Assembly: GCA_951406725.2 (NCBI GenBank)
Contig: OX597815.1
Span: forward strand, 179,056,001-179,120,000
Direction: 5' to 3'
DNA: 64,000 nt
Source of the DNA: Octopus vulgaris
Taxonomy: Eukaryota
The notes under the pieces are model-generated. The model saw only the letters and a program-made list of their open reading frames with translations. It did not search any database and was not told the DNA's origin. Position numbers and translations under genes: made by a program. This document shows, in pieces, positions 13,284-25,380 of this stretch. Positions within the stretch are counted from its first letter, which is position 1; every line of letters begins with the position of its first letter.

Positions 13284-13548
13284 ACTTAGCTCTCACGTGT
13301 TTATTCCCTCCCTGCCTGAGGTTATCGTGGTCTTTTCCGTAGGCTTTTCTTTCCACGGATAAACCTAATCTTGCTTCTTACATTTAAAAAATTTCTTTTG
13401 CGATACACGATCCCTTTTGATCGCTTTTTTCCCCGGCCCTTTTGATCGGAATTTTACTTCCCACCCCTTCTTTTTCATTTTCGAAAAGAAAAGCTCTACA
13501 TTTGTATTTGTCCCCTCTGTGTTCAGCCCTGTGTGGCCAATAAAGAAA
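10850..13548 (+). mobile_element. Internally deleted, decayed Tx1/L1-clade LINE (ORF1 with zinc knuckle, ORF2 C-terminus, 3' UTR)
   Basis: ORF1 remnant 11046-11880 with VEGRKPCCYV*GSKTHLKTNCP (CCHC knuckle, one Cys mutated to stop); 22-bp tandem duplication 11276-11319; ORF2-like VKECVWWTRAKGLE...LLINFFKYHLKRK...FKKRWVNV at about 13020-13175; ends AATAAAGAAA. 5' boundary approximate. Confidence 0.7.
11989..12362 (-). mobile_element. SINE B with internal inverted segment, inserted in the LINE
   Basis: Minus/plus/minus SINE B pieces; flanking about 20-bp TSD CCAG(C/T)ACTACTA(C/T)CCATACC at about 11969 and 12364. Confidence 0.8.
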
Positions 13549-13549
13549 G

Positions 13550-13583
<34 letters not shown>

Positions 13584-14159
13584 GTTTTTTCTGCCTGCCT
13601 GCCTACGTACGTACGTACGTACGCACGTACCTACCTACCTACTTATCTACTTACCTATCTAATTATCTATCTATCTATCTATCTACTTGTCTATCTATAT
13701 ATCTATCTACCTACCTACCTGTTTATTTATTTCTGCAATATATTCTTAAATTTTCTCTCTCCATAGAAGTTGTTAAAATAGCAGAGAAAACAGACATAAC
13801 TCACAGTAACAAAATGACAGAAAATATTGTACGCCTCATAGAGCTATACAAATGTATATTTTATTAGATTACTTAACATTGCAGTATGTAAAAATGATAA
13901 AAAGATATAATACTGTAAATTGTTAATTAAATTTCCTTGCAGATGAAAGATGAGCTTGATGTAATTAAAGTGGTTCCAGATAGAAGACATAACTCGCTAT
14001 AAGGAGACAGTACAGCTATGATGGTGTTTCACAGGTCCTTTTTCTTTCTTTCATCGATCTCTGAAGATACTTGAAGGAAAAGCTGTAGCAGAGTTATCGA
14101 CTAATTAGTTTGAGTCATTAGTCATGTTTTAGCAGTTTTACCTTGCTGAAGCTGCTGTT

Positions 14160-14525
14160 GTTGTTGAGCGAAGCGGTCTTCGTCCCAGTAGTGGGAGAAG
14201 TCCGAAACGTGGTCCTTTGCTATTCGTAAGACCCGCAGAAGAGAAAGCAGGTCAATCCCCGACACCGAGAGCATCGACGGATGGATGAATGCGCATCCAG
14301 GCTCAGCGGTTGCGTAGGACGTCGGGGACAAGATACAGGAAGAAAGAGTGAGAGAAAGTTGGGGCGAAAGAGTACAACAAGGGTTGCCACCACCCCTGCC
14401 GGAGCCTCGTGGAGCTTTAAGTGTTTTCGCTCAATAAACACACAAAACGCTCGGTTTGGGAATCGAAACCGCGATCCTCCGACCGCGAGTCCGCTGCCCT
14501 AACCATTGGGCCATTGCGCTTCCAC
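14160..14525 (-). mobile_element. tRNA-Arg-like-headed SINE family C (tail type 1)
   Basis: Minus head GGAAGCGCAATGGCCCAATGGTTAGGGCAGCGGACTCGCGGTCG...GGTTTCGATTCC; (CAA)n tail. Confidence 0.8.
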
Positions 14526-16438
14526 TACTGAAATTGCTTCTGGTAAATGAGTTAATTAAGGTTCTAAGCTGGTGTTGTTATTGTTGGACAACGCGGGGGA
14601 ATATCAAGAGATTCTCGTACGAAACGAGACTTTGGATTTCTTGATCCATGGTTTTATATCTTTAATATCCTTATTATGTCTGTCCCCACGAACAAGAACT
14701 CCATCCATTCTTCTTTTGTTAACACTTGATACCCAAGGACATGCTGTGTGTTTTCTTTCTAGGTTCTGACGAATACTTCCATGACATCGATTAGGCATCT
14801 TACAAACTTGGTATTTTACAATATGGATCCAATGGAAGTTAAAAATCTAAAGATCAACGTGAGCCTGTCTGGGTATTATGAGAAAGGTAGAGTTTGGTGC
14901 TTTGGCAGCAAGAGTTTATGAAAAGGATGATGTTAAAAATGAAATCGTTTCTGATACATACAAAGCTACAGACGTATTCACGGCATATTTCTGAACTATA
15001 ATGTGGGCGAAAATTTTAAAGAATTTGTTGGTAGGAATCCTATTAAAATTGCAAAGATACGAATTCTGAGGAGGAAGTGACCATTATCATGTGGTAACAA
15101 AGTCCGTAGTGGAGAAATTCAAAGTGCTGCTGCCAGAAGAGTTTGGCATATTAACATCAGGGAATTCGAAGCAAAGGATTTCACTGTATACTTCAGAGGG
15201 TCAAATGTTAACTCGCGTCCTCTCAGTGCATGTGTGTACACACACACACACTATACTGTCTCGTATTTACTCATAAATATTGTTACTGTAATTACTAATG
15301 CCCGGCCGTCAACGCTGTCTTATGAAAATATATTCAATTTTTGTCACAGTTATGGTGACACTTCCTTCAGAAGTTCTATTCTTTTAAGCTGTCTTTGACA
15401 GGCCGACCAAAACCTTGTGAGTGGATTTGGTAAACGGAAACTGAAAGAAGCCCGTCGTATATGTGTATGTGTGTGTGTCTTAGTGTCTGTGTTTGCTACC
15501 TCCCACCAGCGCGCCCCCACCACGAACAACAACAGCAACAAACGACTGAAAATGTTATAGCTGACCCTGAGAAGATTTTTATCTTGGCAACTCGAAAAAA
15601 CAGGATCGAACATTGTTTAGCATTTCGTTTAATAATTTACCATTCTGACCAATTCACGGTCGTCACGAGAGAAACATCGATTAAATGAAAGTACATGAAG
15701 CAAATATAAATAAAACTGGGGAATATCTTTTCGAATTTTGTCTTTAAATTGAATTGGTAGATATTAATTCACTGCTAGATTAAAGTGTCAGTTATCGATC
15801 AGTTGCCTATCACCAGATGGCGGATTTAATGGTTAAAATTAGATGCTTCTAATCTTCTGCAATTGAAATAACCGAACAAGAAAATCACCCCGTGTTTCAG
15901 GAGCAAGAAATAAAAGTGATGAATGTTAGGAGGCTTAAGAAGAATAAAAAAGGAAAAGGAGAGAAATAAATGAGAATAAAAATAGGTAATCATTTGAGTT
16001 TTTTTTTTTTTGCTTGTTGCTCCATTCGCTACTGAAACGAAATATGGGTGGTCGGGGGTGAGTGTTTAAGCGGTAAAAATATCTGATCCTCTGCTTAGTC
16101 TGCAAATTATGCGAAGAGAAGACAAGATTCAGTAATAGTTAAATATATTCTGGCTACATTTGGTGTTAGCTATATGGAAGAGATGCTTCTTCATTTTTAA
16201 TAGCTCGTTCTCAGTTTATGCATAGAGACAAAAAGAATTGGATCTCGAAAACAAGTGTGTACATACGAAAACATAGAGCAACCAATACACGTTGCAGACT
16301 TTATTTTGTAGGTGGACTGTTGGTGACTTATGTTGCCATTACTTAGGCATAAAAGCATTATTCAACCAGACAAGCGTCATGAATAAAGTCTGAACATGGA
16401 ACTTAGAAGTTGATTATCCTTGATGCATTCTACTCAAA

Positions 16439-17478
16439 TTAGATATAACTCAGATAGCTTAGATAGGTTTCGGCCAGTTTAGGTCCAGGGCATGTCTAAC
16501 TTAACAGCATTACATGGTGAAGTCTTTTGGTCATATATTGGGCACCATGGCCCAGCCTAGCAAAGGCTTATCATTGTTGGAGACACATCTGGTTGAATTT
16601 TATGGGATCTGTTTCCGTTTTGATGTATTTTGGTATAACATTAAAGAGAGCTGGAGCGGTTGAGGTAAAGTAGTTGTGTCGTAATGTTGTTATGTGTCTT
16701 GAGTTCGATTTTTGTAGTGGGCAGATAGCATGGGGTCAAGTCTTGGGTGGATTTTAAAATTGATGCCAACATCATTTGTGCAATATTGATGGAATATTAA
16801 GGCGGTGAGCTGGCAGAATTGTAAGCATGCCGGGCGAAATGCTTAGCGGTATTTCGTCTGTCTTCATGTTCTGAGTTCAAATTCCGTCGAGGTCGACTTT
16901 GCCTTTCATTCTTTCTGGGTCGAAAAATTAAGTACCAGTTGCGTACTGGGGTTGATCTAATCGACTGGTCCCCTTCCCACAATTTCGGGCCTTGTGCCTA
17001 GAGTAGAAAAGAATATTGACGGAATATTAAGGCGGCGAGCTGGCAGAAATGCTTAGCGGTATTTTGTCTGCCGCTACGTTCTGAGTTCAAATTCTGCCGA
17101 GGTCGACTTTGTCTTTCGGGGTCGATAAATTAAGTACCAGTTACACACTGGGGTCGATATGATCGACTTAATCCGTTTGTCTGTCCTTGTTTGTCCCTCT
17201 GTGTTTAGCCCCTTGTGTGGGTAGTAAAGAAATAGGTATTTCGTCTGTCTTTACGTTCTGAGTTCAAATTCCGCCACGGTCGACTTTGCCTTTCATCTTT
17301 TCGGAGTCGATAAATTAAGTACCAGATACGTACTGGGATCGATCTAATCGACTGGCCCCCTCCCCCCAAATTTCGGGCCTTGTGCCTCGAGTAGAAAAGT
17401 ATATTGATGGACTATTTTCCACATCACACAAATGATGTAGCGCTCACGGCGGCGTTCGAGAGAGTAGAGATTGAGTTT
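16439..17478 (-). mobile_element. CR1-type LINE 3' end, split by tandem SINE B insertion
   Basis: Minus-strand LNLYSLERRRERYIICVMWKI at about 17410-17476, typical of the CR1/L2 ORF2 C-terminus. Confidence 0.75.
16799..17400 (+). mobile_element. Tandem/chimeric SINE B array
   Basis: Three SINE B bodies with two tail types; ATATTGA(T/C)GGA(A/C)TATT at 16783, 17013 and 17401. Confidence 0.85.
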
Positions 17479-18306
17479 TTTTAGTCTATAATATCATTTT
17501 ATTTACCTGGAGATTTCATATTTTGTAGCTCCATTGTATCCATAGCTAAAATATTTAACGCCATATTCAGTAGTTTTAATAACGAAAAATTTCAAATGGA
17601 GGATGAAACTTTCATATAAGTTGCTTGGCGAAATTAGCGACAATCTAGAAACTAGAAAGAATTAATCAATTTTGTGCTAGATCTCATTGTCTCTGGAAAT
17701 AAGAAAAGAGAATTATTGGATGTTGATCTGTTTTACACTGGTGTTGGCGATACATTTGAAGTGATACAAATTTACGGTCTTTAGTTTTTTTGTCTTTCTA
17801 AAGACATAAGAAAAAACAGGCGTTTTCTGAAATTTCGGAGTCGCTGAGTCTACGGCAACCCCTAAAAAAAAAAAACACATGCCACGTATACATACGAAGT
17901 ATGAGAAAATTCAATCGATTACAAGTTTTATTGAATTTTCTGAGAGAAAGCGTAGTCTCTCTGGTTGAAATACTATGAATTATGCCAAAAGCAGTTGTTA
18001 TTAGAAGAGTTTTTTTTCTCCTTCAAAGTGAAGCCTCATATCAACGTATCGCGTTGGTAATTCAGTCAAGACAGAGACTTACAGACTGAATATGATGCAG
18101 ATGTAAATGTGTTTATTATATAAAAAAAAACAAAAAAAAAACTCGCGAAGAACACTTATAAAAATACATAGAAATTGAAAGAATCTATATCCTCAACAAT
18201 ACAATAATATCGGTGTAGATTATGCATATTTAATAACATACATATTGTTCATACCACACCGTATGTATGCATATATGAAAATGTATACACACACGCATGA
18301 ATACAT

Positions 18307-18349
<43 letters not shown>

Positions 18350-18536
18350 CACGCATACATGTATACATTTATATATACATACAATCATGCCTACCTGCCT
18401 GAACGGTTTCACTCATTAAATTGCGTATGCTGGTTCACCAATTCCATTGATTTTGGTGAATCCTATCAATTCCCATATTTATTTCCGTTTGGTATCTATT
18501 TTATTGATTTCTGGTTATCTGTGTATATGTGTTTAA

Positions 18537-18621
<85 letters not shown>

Positions 18622-19648
18622 CATACACACAGACATACACGCAAGCACACACGTTTTTCTCCACCGGATCCATCACCGCGCCAATTATCACTGTTCTCCT
18701 ATTTTCCCCAAGTCCCAACCAAGTAAAATATTATGGAACACACTCCAAAACAACGGCGTTACACTTTTACTCGCCAAACACTATCATTCTTTGATGCTTT
18801 GTACGATTAAGTTCTTCATCTTTTAGGCCCTTGGTCTTTGGCGTCAGTTCTCTGCTCCTTGGTCTTTAGCATCAATTCCCCTCTAATTTCAGAGGGGAAT
18901 TCCTTAACATGATTCCGTATTATGTACAGTTTGTGACACAATTTAGGTCCCGTGTGAAATCAACATTGGCTGGGTGAGAGATGGTCGTTTTCTTCTTCCT
19001 CATCCGGTAGGGATGTTGTCATCCACAAAAGTAAACAGTGATCACAGTAACACGTTTCATCTGATCTTCATCCTTTGTGAGTAATTAGTTTCATCTCTCA
19101 ATACGAACAATATGGCCATCACAAAGCGGAGGGAAGAAATGGCACATCATATCAAGATATCTATCCCCAGTATCTGATAGCTGTTCTTGAATTTCGTAAA
19201 TATAGGCTCAGGTGTGGCTTTGTGGTAAGAAGCTTGCTTCCCAGCCACATGGTTCAGGGTTTAGTCCCACTGCATAGCACCTTGGGCAAGTATCTTCTAC
19301 TATAGCCTCGGGCCGATCAAAGCCTTGTGAGTGGATTTGGTAGACGGAAACTGAAAGAAGCCCATCGTATATAACAGTTCAGATATAACAGCGACGACGA
19401 GAGGTCGTAAGTCATATCGGTCAATGAAGTTTATATGGACACATTTTAACTTCAGAAGTATACGTCATCACGTCTGTGTAGACTGTAATTTCAATTCAAC
19501 GATTCACCAACCAGAAGTACGAGTGCTATGCTGTTTAGCAAGGGACAGAGTTCATATTCACAAACTGATGTTCCTCGTTTTGATCACTCAGTGTCATTCG
19601 AGTCAGACAGAAGGCATTGTTCAGAATACCAGTCAAAATTATGAACCA

Positions 19649-19955
19649 CAGGCGTGGCATGGTTGTGTGAAAGAAGTTTGCTTTCCAACCACATGTTTCC
19701 GGGTTCAGTCCCATTCCGTGGAGCTTTGGGCAAGTGTTTTCTACTATAACCTCGGCCAACCAAAGCCTTGTGAGTGTATTTGGTAGACTGAAACTGAAAG
19801 AAGCCTGTCGTATACACACACACATACAAACATATTAAAAGTCATTAATTTTAATTTCATCCTTTAATTACGTTTATACATACATGCATATATATCATAT
19901 ATATATATATATATACTCACACATACGTATATATATCTGTGTGTATGTGCGTGTC

Positions 19956-20012
<57 letters not shown>

Positions 20013-20043
20013 CGTATATATATCTGTGTGTATGTGCGTGTAC

Positions 20044-20088
<45 letters not shown>

Positions 20089-20316
20089 GCACACATACGT
20101 ACATATATCTGTGTGTATGTGCGTGTCTTTGTATCTACGCTTTCCCCAACACCACCTGACAACCGGTGTTGGTGTGTTTACAACCCTGTAAGTTAGCGGT
20201 TCAGCAAAAGAAACTAATAGAATAAGTACTAGGCTTAAAAACATAACAAGTAATTCTTCAAGGCTGTGCCCCAGCTTGGCCACAGTCTAATGACCGGAAC
20301 AAGCAGAAGATAAAAG
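19649..20316 (+). mobile_element. SINE family A with expanded TA-rich interior
   Basis: Head at 19649, tail at 20120-20316; a separate 5' half lies at 19204-19372. Confidence 0.8.
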
Positions 20317-20879
20317 ACAATATATCTCTTATGCAAACCTGATTGCATCTCTTATGTGGAAGGATTTTAATTTAGGTCATTGGAATCCTAGATCCATACA
20401 AACATCGAGTGAATACGACTTTTAATTGACGAGTTTGAGTTTGAGTTTGCAAGAAAAAAAATCTTTTAGTTTTCTTTCATGCATATCTTTATCTGATTGA
20501 TCGCATATCTTTTGGGCAGCTGACATAACATTTCATGTAGATGGTGTCATCAATTGATACAAATACGCAAAGGATAAATTGAAACAATCACTAAACTCCT
20601 TACAGCTTAAAGTTATTGCCTCCATCGATCTGAATGCATAAAATGTGTCATGATGCATCAAAACAATTTGAGTTGAAGAAACAGCAATAAAAGAATTAGA
20701 TCCTGAAATTAGCAGACACATTTGTCCAATGTCAGGCAAAATCAAAATCCTCAATGTCCCCCATTGTGACTTCATAGCAAAGTCCATTCCAGGACACAAA
20801 TTACATTCACTCATATATCGCAAATAGATGCAGCTTTCATTTTAAATCCTTTTCTTAAAAAAAAATCCTTTCCTTCAAA

Positions 20880-21475
20880 CGCTCATACTCCGAAATTGAA
20901 CGGGGTGACTGTCGATCATCCTAAAACTGGAACTAATGTTGTGGTTTGAGCTTCGATTCACAGTTACAGTGTAATTGATCTTTTCACTTTTGACTGCTCA
21001 TGTAATGTTGATAATATCTAACGTGTTTTCCCAAACATTGACTGACAGTGGTTCATACAGTATTTAGCAGGATGGGCGTACCACCTCCTTTTGTCAGCAT
21101 CGTAAGAACGTGGGTTAAACAAGACTTAATGCCGTCAAGTAATTTCTGACGCCTTCAACGATCTTCTGGCTCCTAATTTCTAAGAGTGGTAATATCTTGA
21201 GAACAAAGTCTGCCCACGCAATCTCATCAAGAGCTCGGAATTACAAGCTGAATTCATTGATAAGTTTGTCAACATGACAACTGATTTATGCTCTTAAAAT
21301 GATCGATCGGTACCAAAAATAATGTATGCCTGTTTAGTTGCAGAAGGAGTTCATTTTAACCATTTCCTTTGAAAACAGGAAATCTTGAGATTTTTTATTG
21401 AAAAGAAGATAATATTTGCCCAAAAATCTATCAATTGTATTATATATACTTTTTATTTTGATAACGCACTTGTGA
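20880..21475 (+). mobile_element. Tc1/mariner transposase remnant (C-terminal half)
   Basis: Frameshifted QDG.PP...VRTW...YLENKVCPRN...ELQAEFIDKFVNM...YACLVAEGVHFNHFL*. Confidence 0.55.
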
Positions 21476-21960
21476 CATTATTTCTCCTCCTCTTCAGAGA
21501 TATCTCTGGTTCTCTTGGTTCTGAGTTCAAATTCCGCCGAGGTCGACTTTGCCTTTCATCCTTTCGGGGTCGATAAATTAAGTACCAGTTACGCACTGGG
21601 GTCGATATAATCGACTTAATCCGTTTGTCTGTCCTTGTTTGTCCTCTCTGTGTTTAGCCCCTTGTGGGTAGTAAAGAAATAGGATGGTCTGCCAAAAGCA
21701 TGGGCACAGCTCCCTCTACCAGACAAGCCACTATAAGAGACGGGAAAAGACTGGACTGGTGGGGATGGTTGTAATAAAATCATTATCAGACTGAAATCAT
21801 TCAGAACTTACGTCGTTCACTTCTTCCTACAGCGTTTTTTTGTTCTCCATTTTTCTCAGACATAAGAGATACCTGGGTCCCAATTGATTGCACATTTCTG
21901 TCAGATAAAGTAGATAAACAAACAATCTCTATATTCCTAATCTTACAACCTCAACTTCTA

Positions 21961-22253
21961 GTTTTGTCTTGGGAGGGTCATTAGGCCGCTAATAATAAAT
22001 ACATGCACTGGTTCAACATCACTTCTTTATTGATAGTCAATCAGTTAAATATCTAACCAACTAACTAATCGATCGTTCACTTAATGAGTTGGTTAAACAA
22101 CTGATTGATTGTTAAACCAGCACATAAAACAAACGATCGGTTAGTTAGTTTCTGGGTCAGATATTTAACCAATTGTCTAAATTATAAAGAAGTGATATTG
22201 AATCAGTGCGTGTGTTTATTATTATTGGCATAATGACCCCCTCAAGGCAAAAC
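21961..22253. repeat. Fold-back (palindromic) element, arms about 120-140 bp
   Basis: GTTTTGTCTTGGGAGGGTCATTA...CACTTCTTTAT vs ATAAAGAAGTG...TAATGACCCCCTCAAGGCAAAAC; relative at 38701-38860. Confidence 0.85.
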
Positions 22254-22764
22254 AAGATTTGTTGCAAACGGAATAAAAAACGAAGTAAATTAAGCGCTAC
22301 TTCTAGGTTTTAGAACATTATAGAAGTGAACGAGTTTATACACTAATCGGTTAGTTTTGAAGATGAGTGGACATGCGTTAGCAAATGAAATACCCCTCTT
22401 TTAATATTCTCTGGTTATTCTGTCTTTACGTTTTGAGTTCAAATTCCGCAGAGGTCGACTTTACCTTTCATCCTTTCGAGGTCTATAAATTAAGTACCAG
22501 TTGCGTATTGAGGTCGATCTAATCGACTGACCCCCAACTCCCCAATTTCGGGCCTTGTGCCTATAGTAGAAAAGTATATTCTCTGGTTATTAATGATAGA
22601 AAGCGCATCCACTAAAATTTTGGTGGAGCGAAAAAAAGAAAAAACGCTTTGAACATCTAAAAAGAACTTCAAAGCAATCATCAAAGTAAACGAGCATAAA
22701 AATACTTTTGGTTTGGTTTGAAACATTACTTGCTCATTATTGGATTTATCTGATATTATTGATG

Positions 22765-22817
<53 letters not shown>

Positions 22818-22828
22818 ATAATAATAAT

Positions 22829-23390
22829 AAAATGCCCTGATGCAGTACCAGACAGTGGCTCTCGTGGTTTCTGATCTTAACTGATTGGAAGTGTTATCAT
22901 GTACATTGTTTTGTCTTGGTGTAAAAGATGGGCTACAGCAAATATTCTGCTCAATACCACCGATTTGCTTGTCAGTTGTTTGACCGTAACCAGTTGAGCA
23001 TGTCCCTTGATGGCTGACGATGTGTGCATCTCTGATCACAAGCAGAAGTAGTGGGGAAGCATCATAGCCATGTGCTGAGAGGGATTTGTTGGGGTTTGAA
23101 TAATTCACCTTTGGAAACATGGGTGTTTCGTTCAACATCCTTAAACTACCCTTATTCAGGGACCTTTTGAGCGGGATGGGCTACTCGACCAGAAGAAAAT
23201 TCTAACTGGGCCCCACCTGCAAGGTCATGTGCTGTTTATCTTGATATGAGATCACCATGTCGCGCACATATGGTTGTGATGCACGTGCCTAGTGTACCCT
23301 TATCAGACGGGTAGTCATGATGGGTATACTGGGCTTCGTATATTTTACCCCAGTGTCACTTTGATGGCATGCACTGCTCTCTCAGTCAAT
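22829..23390 (+). mobile_element. Probable 3' end of a non-LTR element inserted in a (TAC)n/(TAA)n microsatellite (R4/Dong-like behaviour)
   Basis: Higher-GC block flanked by (TAA)n on both sides; no ORF; family assignment is inference. Confidence 0.4.
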
Positions 23391-23835
23391 GATAATAATA
23401 ATAATAATAATAATGATAATAATACCTGTGTTGGTTTTGATATTAAAATTGAAAAAAGATCGACCTCGTTAGTAAAAAGTTTTGGACCTGGGTTTGAAAC
23501 CCCTAAAGCAATTTTCGTCCTCGCACATATGGTCATGTAGAACTTGAAAACCTTTATTTGGAACTTAAGTAAAAGCTATATACATTTATAAACAATACAC
23601 GTGAATATGTCCGTAGTTTTCATCAATCAAAAGGTACTTTTGATAAAAAGTGAAATGAGCGATCTGCATAAATACGTTCCGGCTTGCAAGAGGTATCAAC
23701 ACAACTTTCTTCTTCTTCTTTTATCTAATTAATTTCAAGATAATTAACTTACTGTTTCTGATAATGAGTAAAGTAAAATCCTTCAATCTATTAAATACAC
23801 AAACATTGTGTTGAAAAAGTTTTCCCAGCAACAAT

Positions 23836-24322
23836 TTACTTTGAACTTTTCTTCTTCTTGTCTCTTCTCTTCCTGAAAGGCCCAAGTCGCTTCATAACCA
23901 TTATTACTCGCCACCATGACTGAATCTGTATGGCAGATTGAAGCATATTAAATTCGTAGTCTTTATTCACATTTTCTTCCTCCTCTTGTCGCTTGTAATC
24001 GTTTACAATAGTCTCATATTGGTTATAATTTCGCAGCATATTCAATGCTTGTTCCCAAGTTTGACTCCGAGAGTGCTTCAGTTGTTCTAGTTTTTTCGTA
24101 ATTACTTCAACATCTTGTTCATATCGATCCATCCAATATTCCAGCATTTCTTCATGTTTACTCTGCGATTTTCTCAAGAATACTGTAATGGTTTTCGTGG
24201 CACTATTCTCTAGTCTCATTTTCTCTCTGACTTGCTCAAGTTCTGCTTGTAAATCGGAAAAGGAGTTTTTTATGACGTTCATTTTTTGTTCCACTTGAAG
24301 GGCGGTGTGTTTCGTTGTATAC
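23836..24322 (-). CDS. IQCG: IQCG/DRC9-like, last coding exon (coiled coil, IQ motif, basic tail)
   Basis: Acceptor TTACATTTTCAG ends at 24323, phase 2 matches exon 2; HEEMLEYWMDRYEQDVE and AIQIQSWWRVIMVMKRLGPF...KKKKSSK* resemble IQCG; possible AATAAA at 23553-23558. Confidence 0.9.
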
Positions 24323-24612
24323 CTGAAAATGTAATAATTGTTCGTAGAGAATATTTTACACTGAGAACTGTATAAGTGATAATTAAAATAAAAGGTAAAA
24401 AATAACTATTAAAACGTTTATGTTTTCACTTAATAGACACGCAGGAGTAGGCTTGGCTGTGTAGTAAAGAAGTTTGTTTTGCAACCACCTGGCTTTGCGT
24501 TCAGTCTCACTGTGCGGTACTTTGTGAAAGTCTATTTTTCTATAATTGCGCAGCGCCCAATGCCTTGTCAGTAAATTTGGTAGACAGAAACTGTGTGGAA
24601 GCTCGTCATCGT

Positions 24613-24654
<42 letters not shown>

Positions 24655-24659
<5 letters not shown>

Positions 24660-24868
24660 CTTTATTGCCCACAAGGGGCTAAACATATAGGGAACAAACA
24701 AGGACAGACAAAGGGATTAAGTCGATTACATCGACCCCAGTGCGAAACTGGTACTTTATTTATCGACCCCGAAAGGATGAAAGGCAAAGTCGACCTCGGC
24801 GGAATTTGAACTCAGAACGTAACGACAGACGAAATACCGCTAAGCATTTCGCCCGGCGCGCTAACGTG
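24655..24868 (-). mobile_element. SINE B, among a cluster of SINE A pieces (24438-24615, 24876-25235, 25420-25605)
   Basis: Family B consensus motifs on the minus strand. Confidence 0.85.
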
Positions 24869-24987
24869 TTCTCGCCATGGTTCTGGGTTCAGTCCCACTT
24901 CGCGTGGCACCTTGGGCAAGAGTCTTCTACTATACCCTCGGTCCGACCAAAGTGGTTTTGGTAGACGGAAACTGAAAGAAGCCCGTC

Positions 24988-25031
<44 letters not shown>

Positions 25032-25234
25032 TTGTTATTTGTGTCTGTTTGTCCCTCCACCATCACTTGACAACCGATGTTGGTGTGTTTACGTCCGCAT
25101 CACCTAGCGGTTCAGCAAAAGGAAACCGATATTAGGCTTACAAAGAATAAGTCCTGGGGTCGATTTGTTCGACTAAAGGCGTTGCTCCAGCATGACTGCA
25201 GTCAAATGACTGAAACAAGTAAAAGAATAAAAGA

Positions 25235-25380
<146 letters not shown>

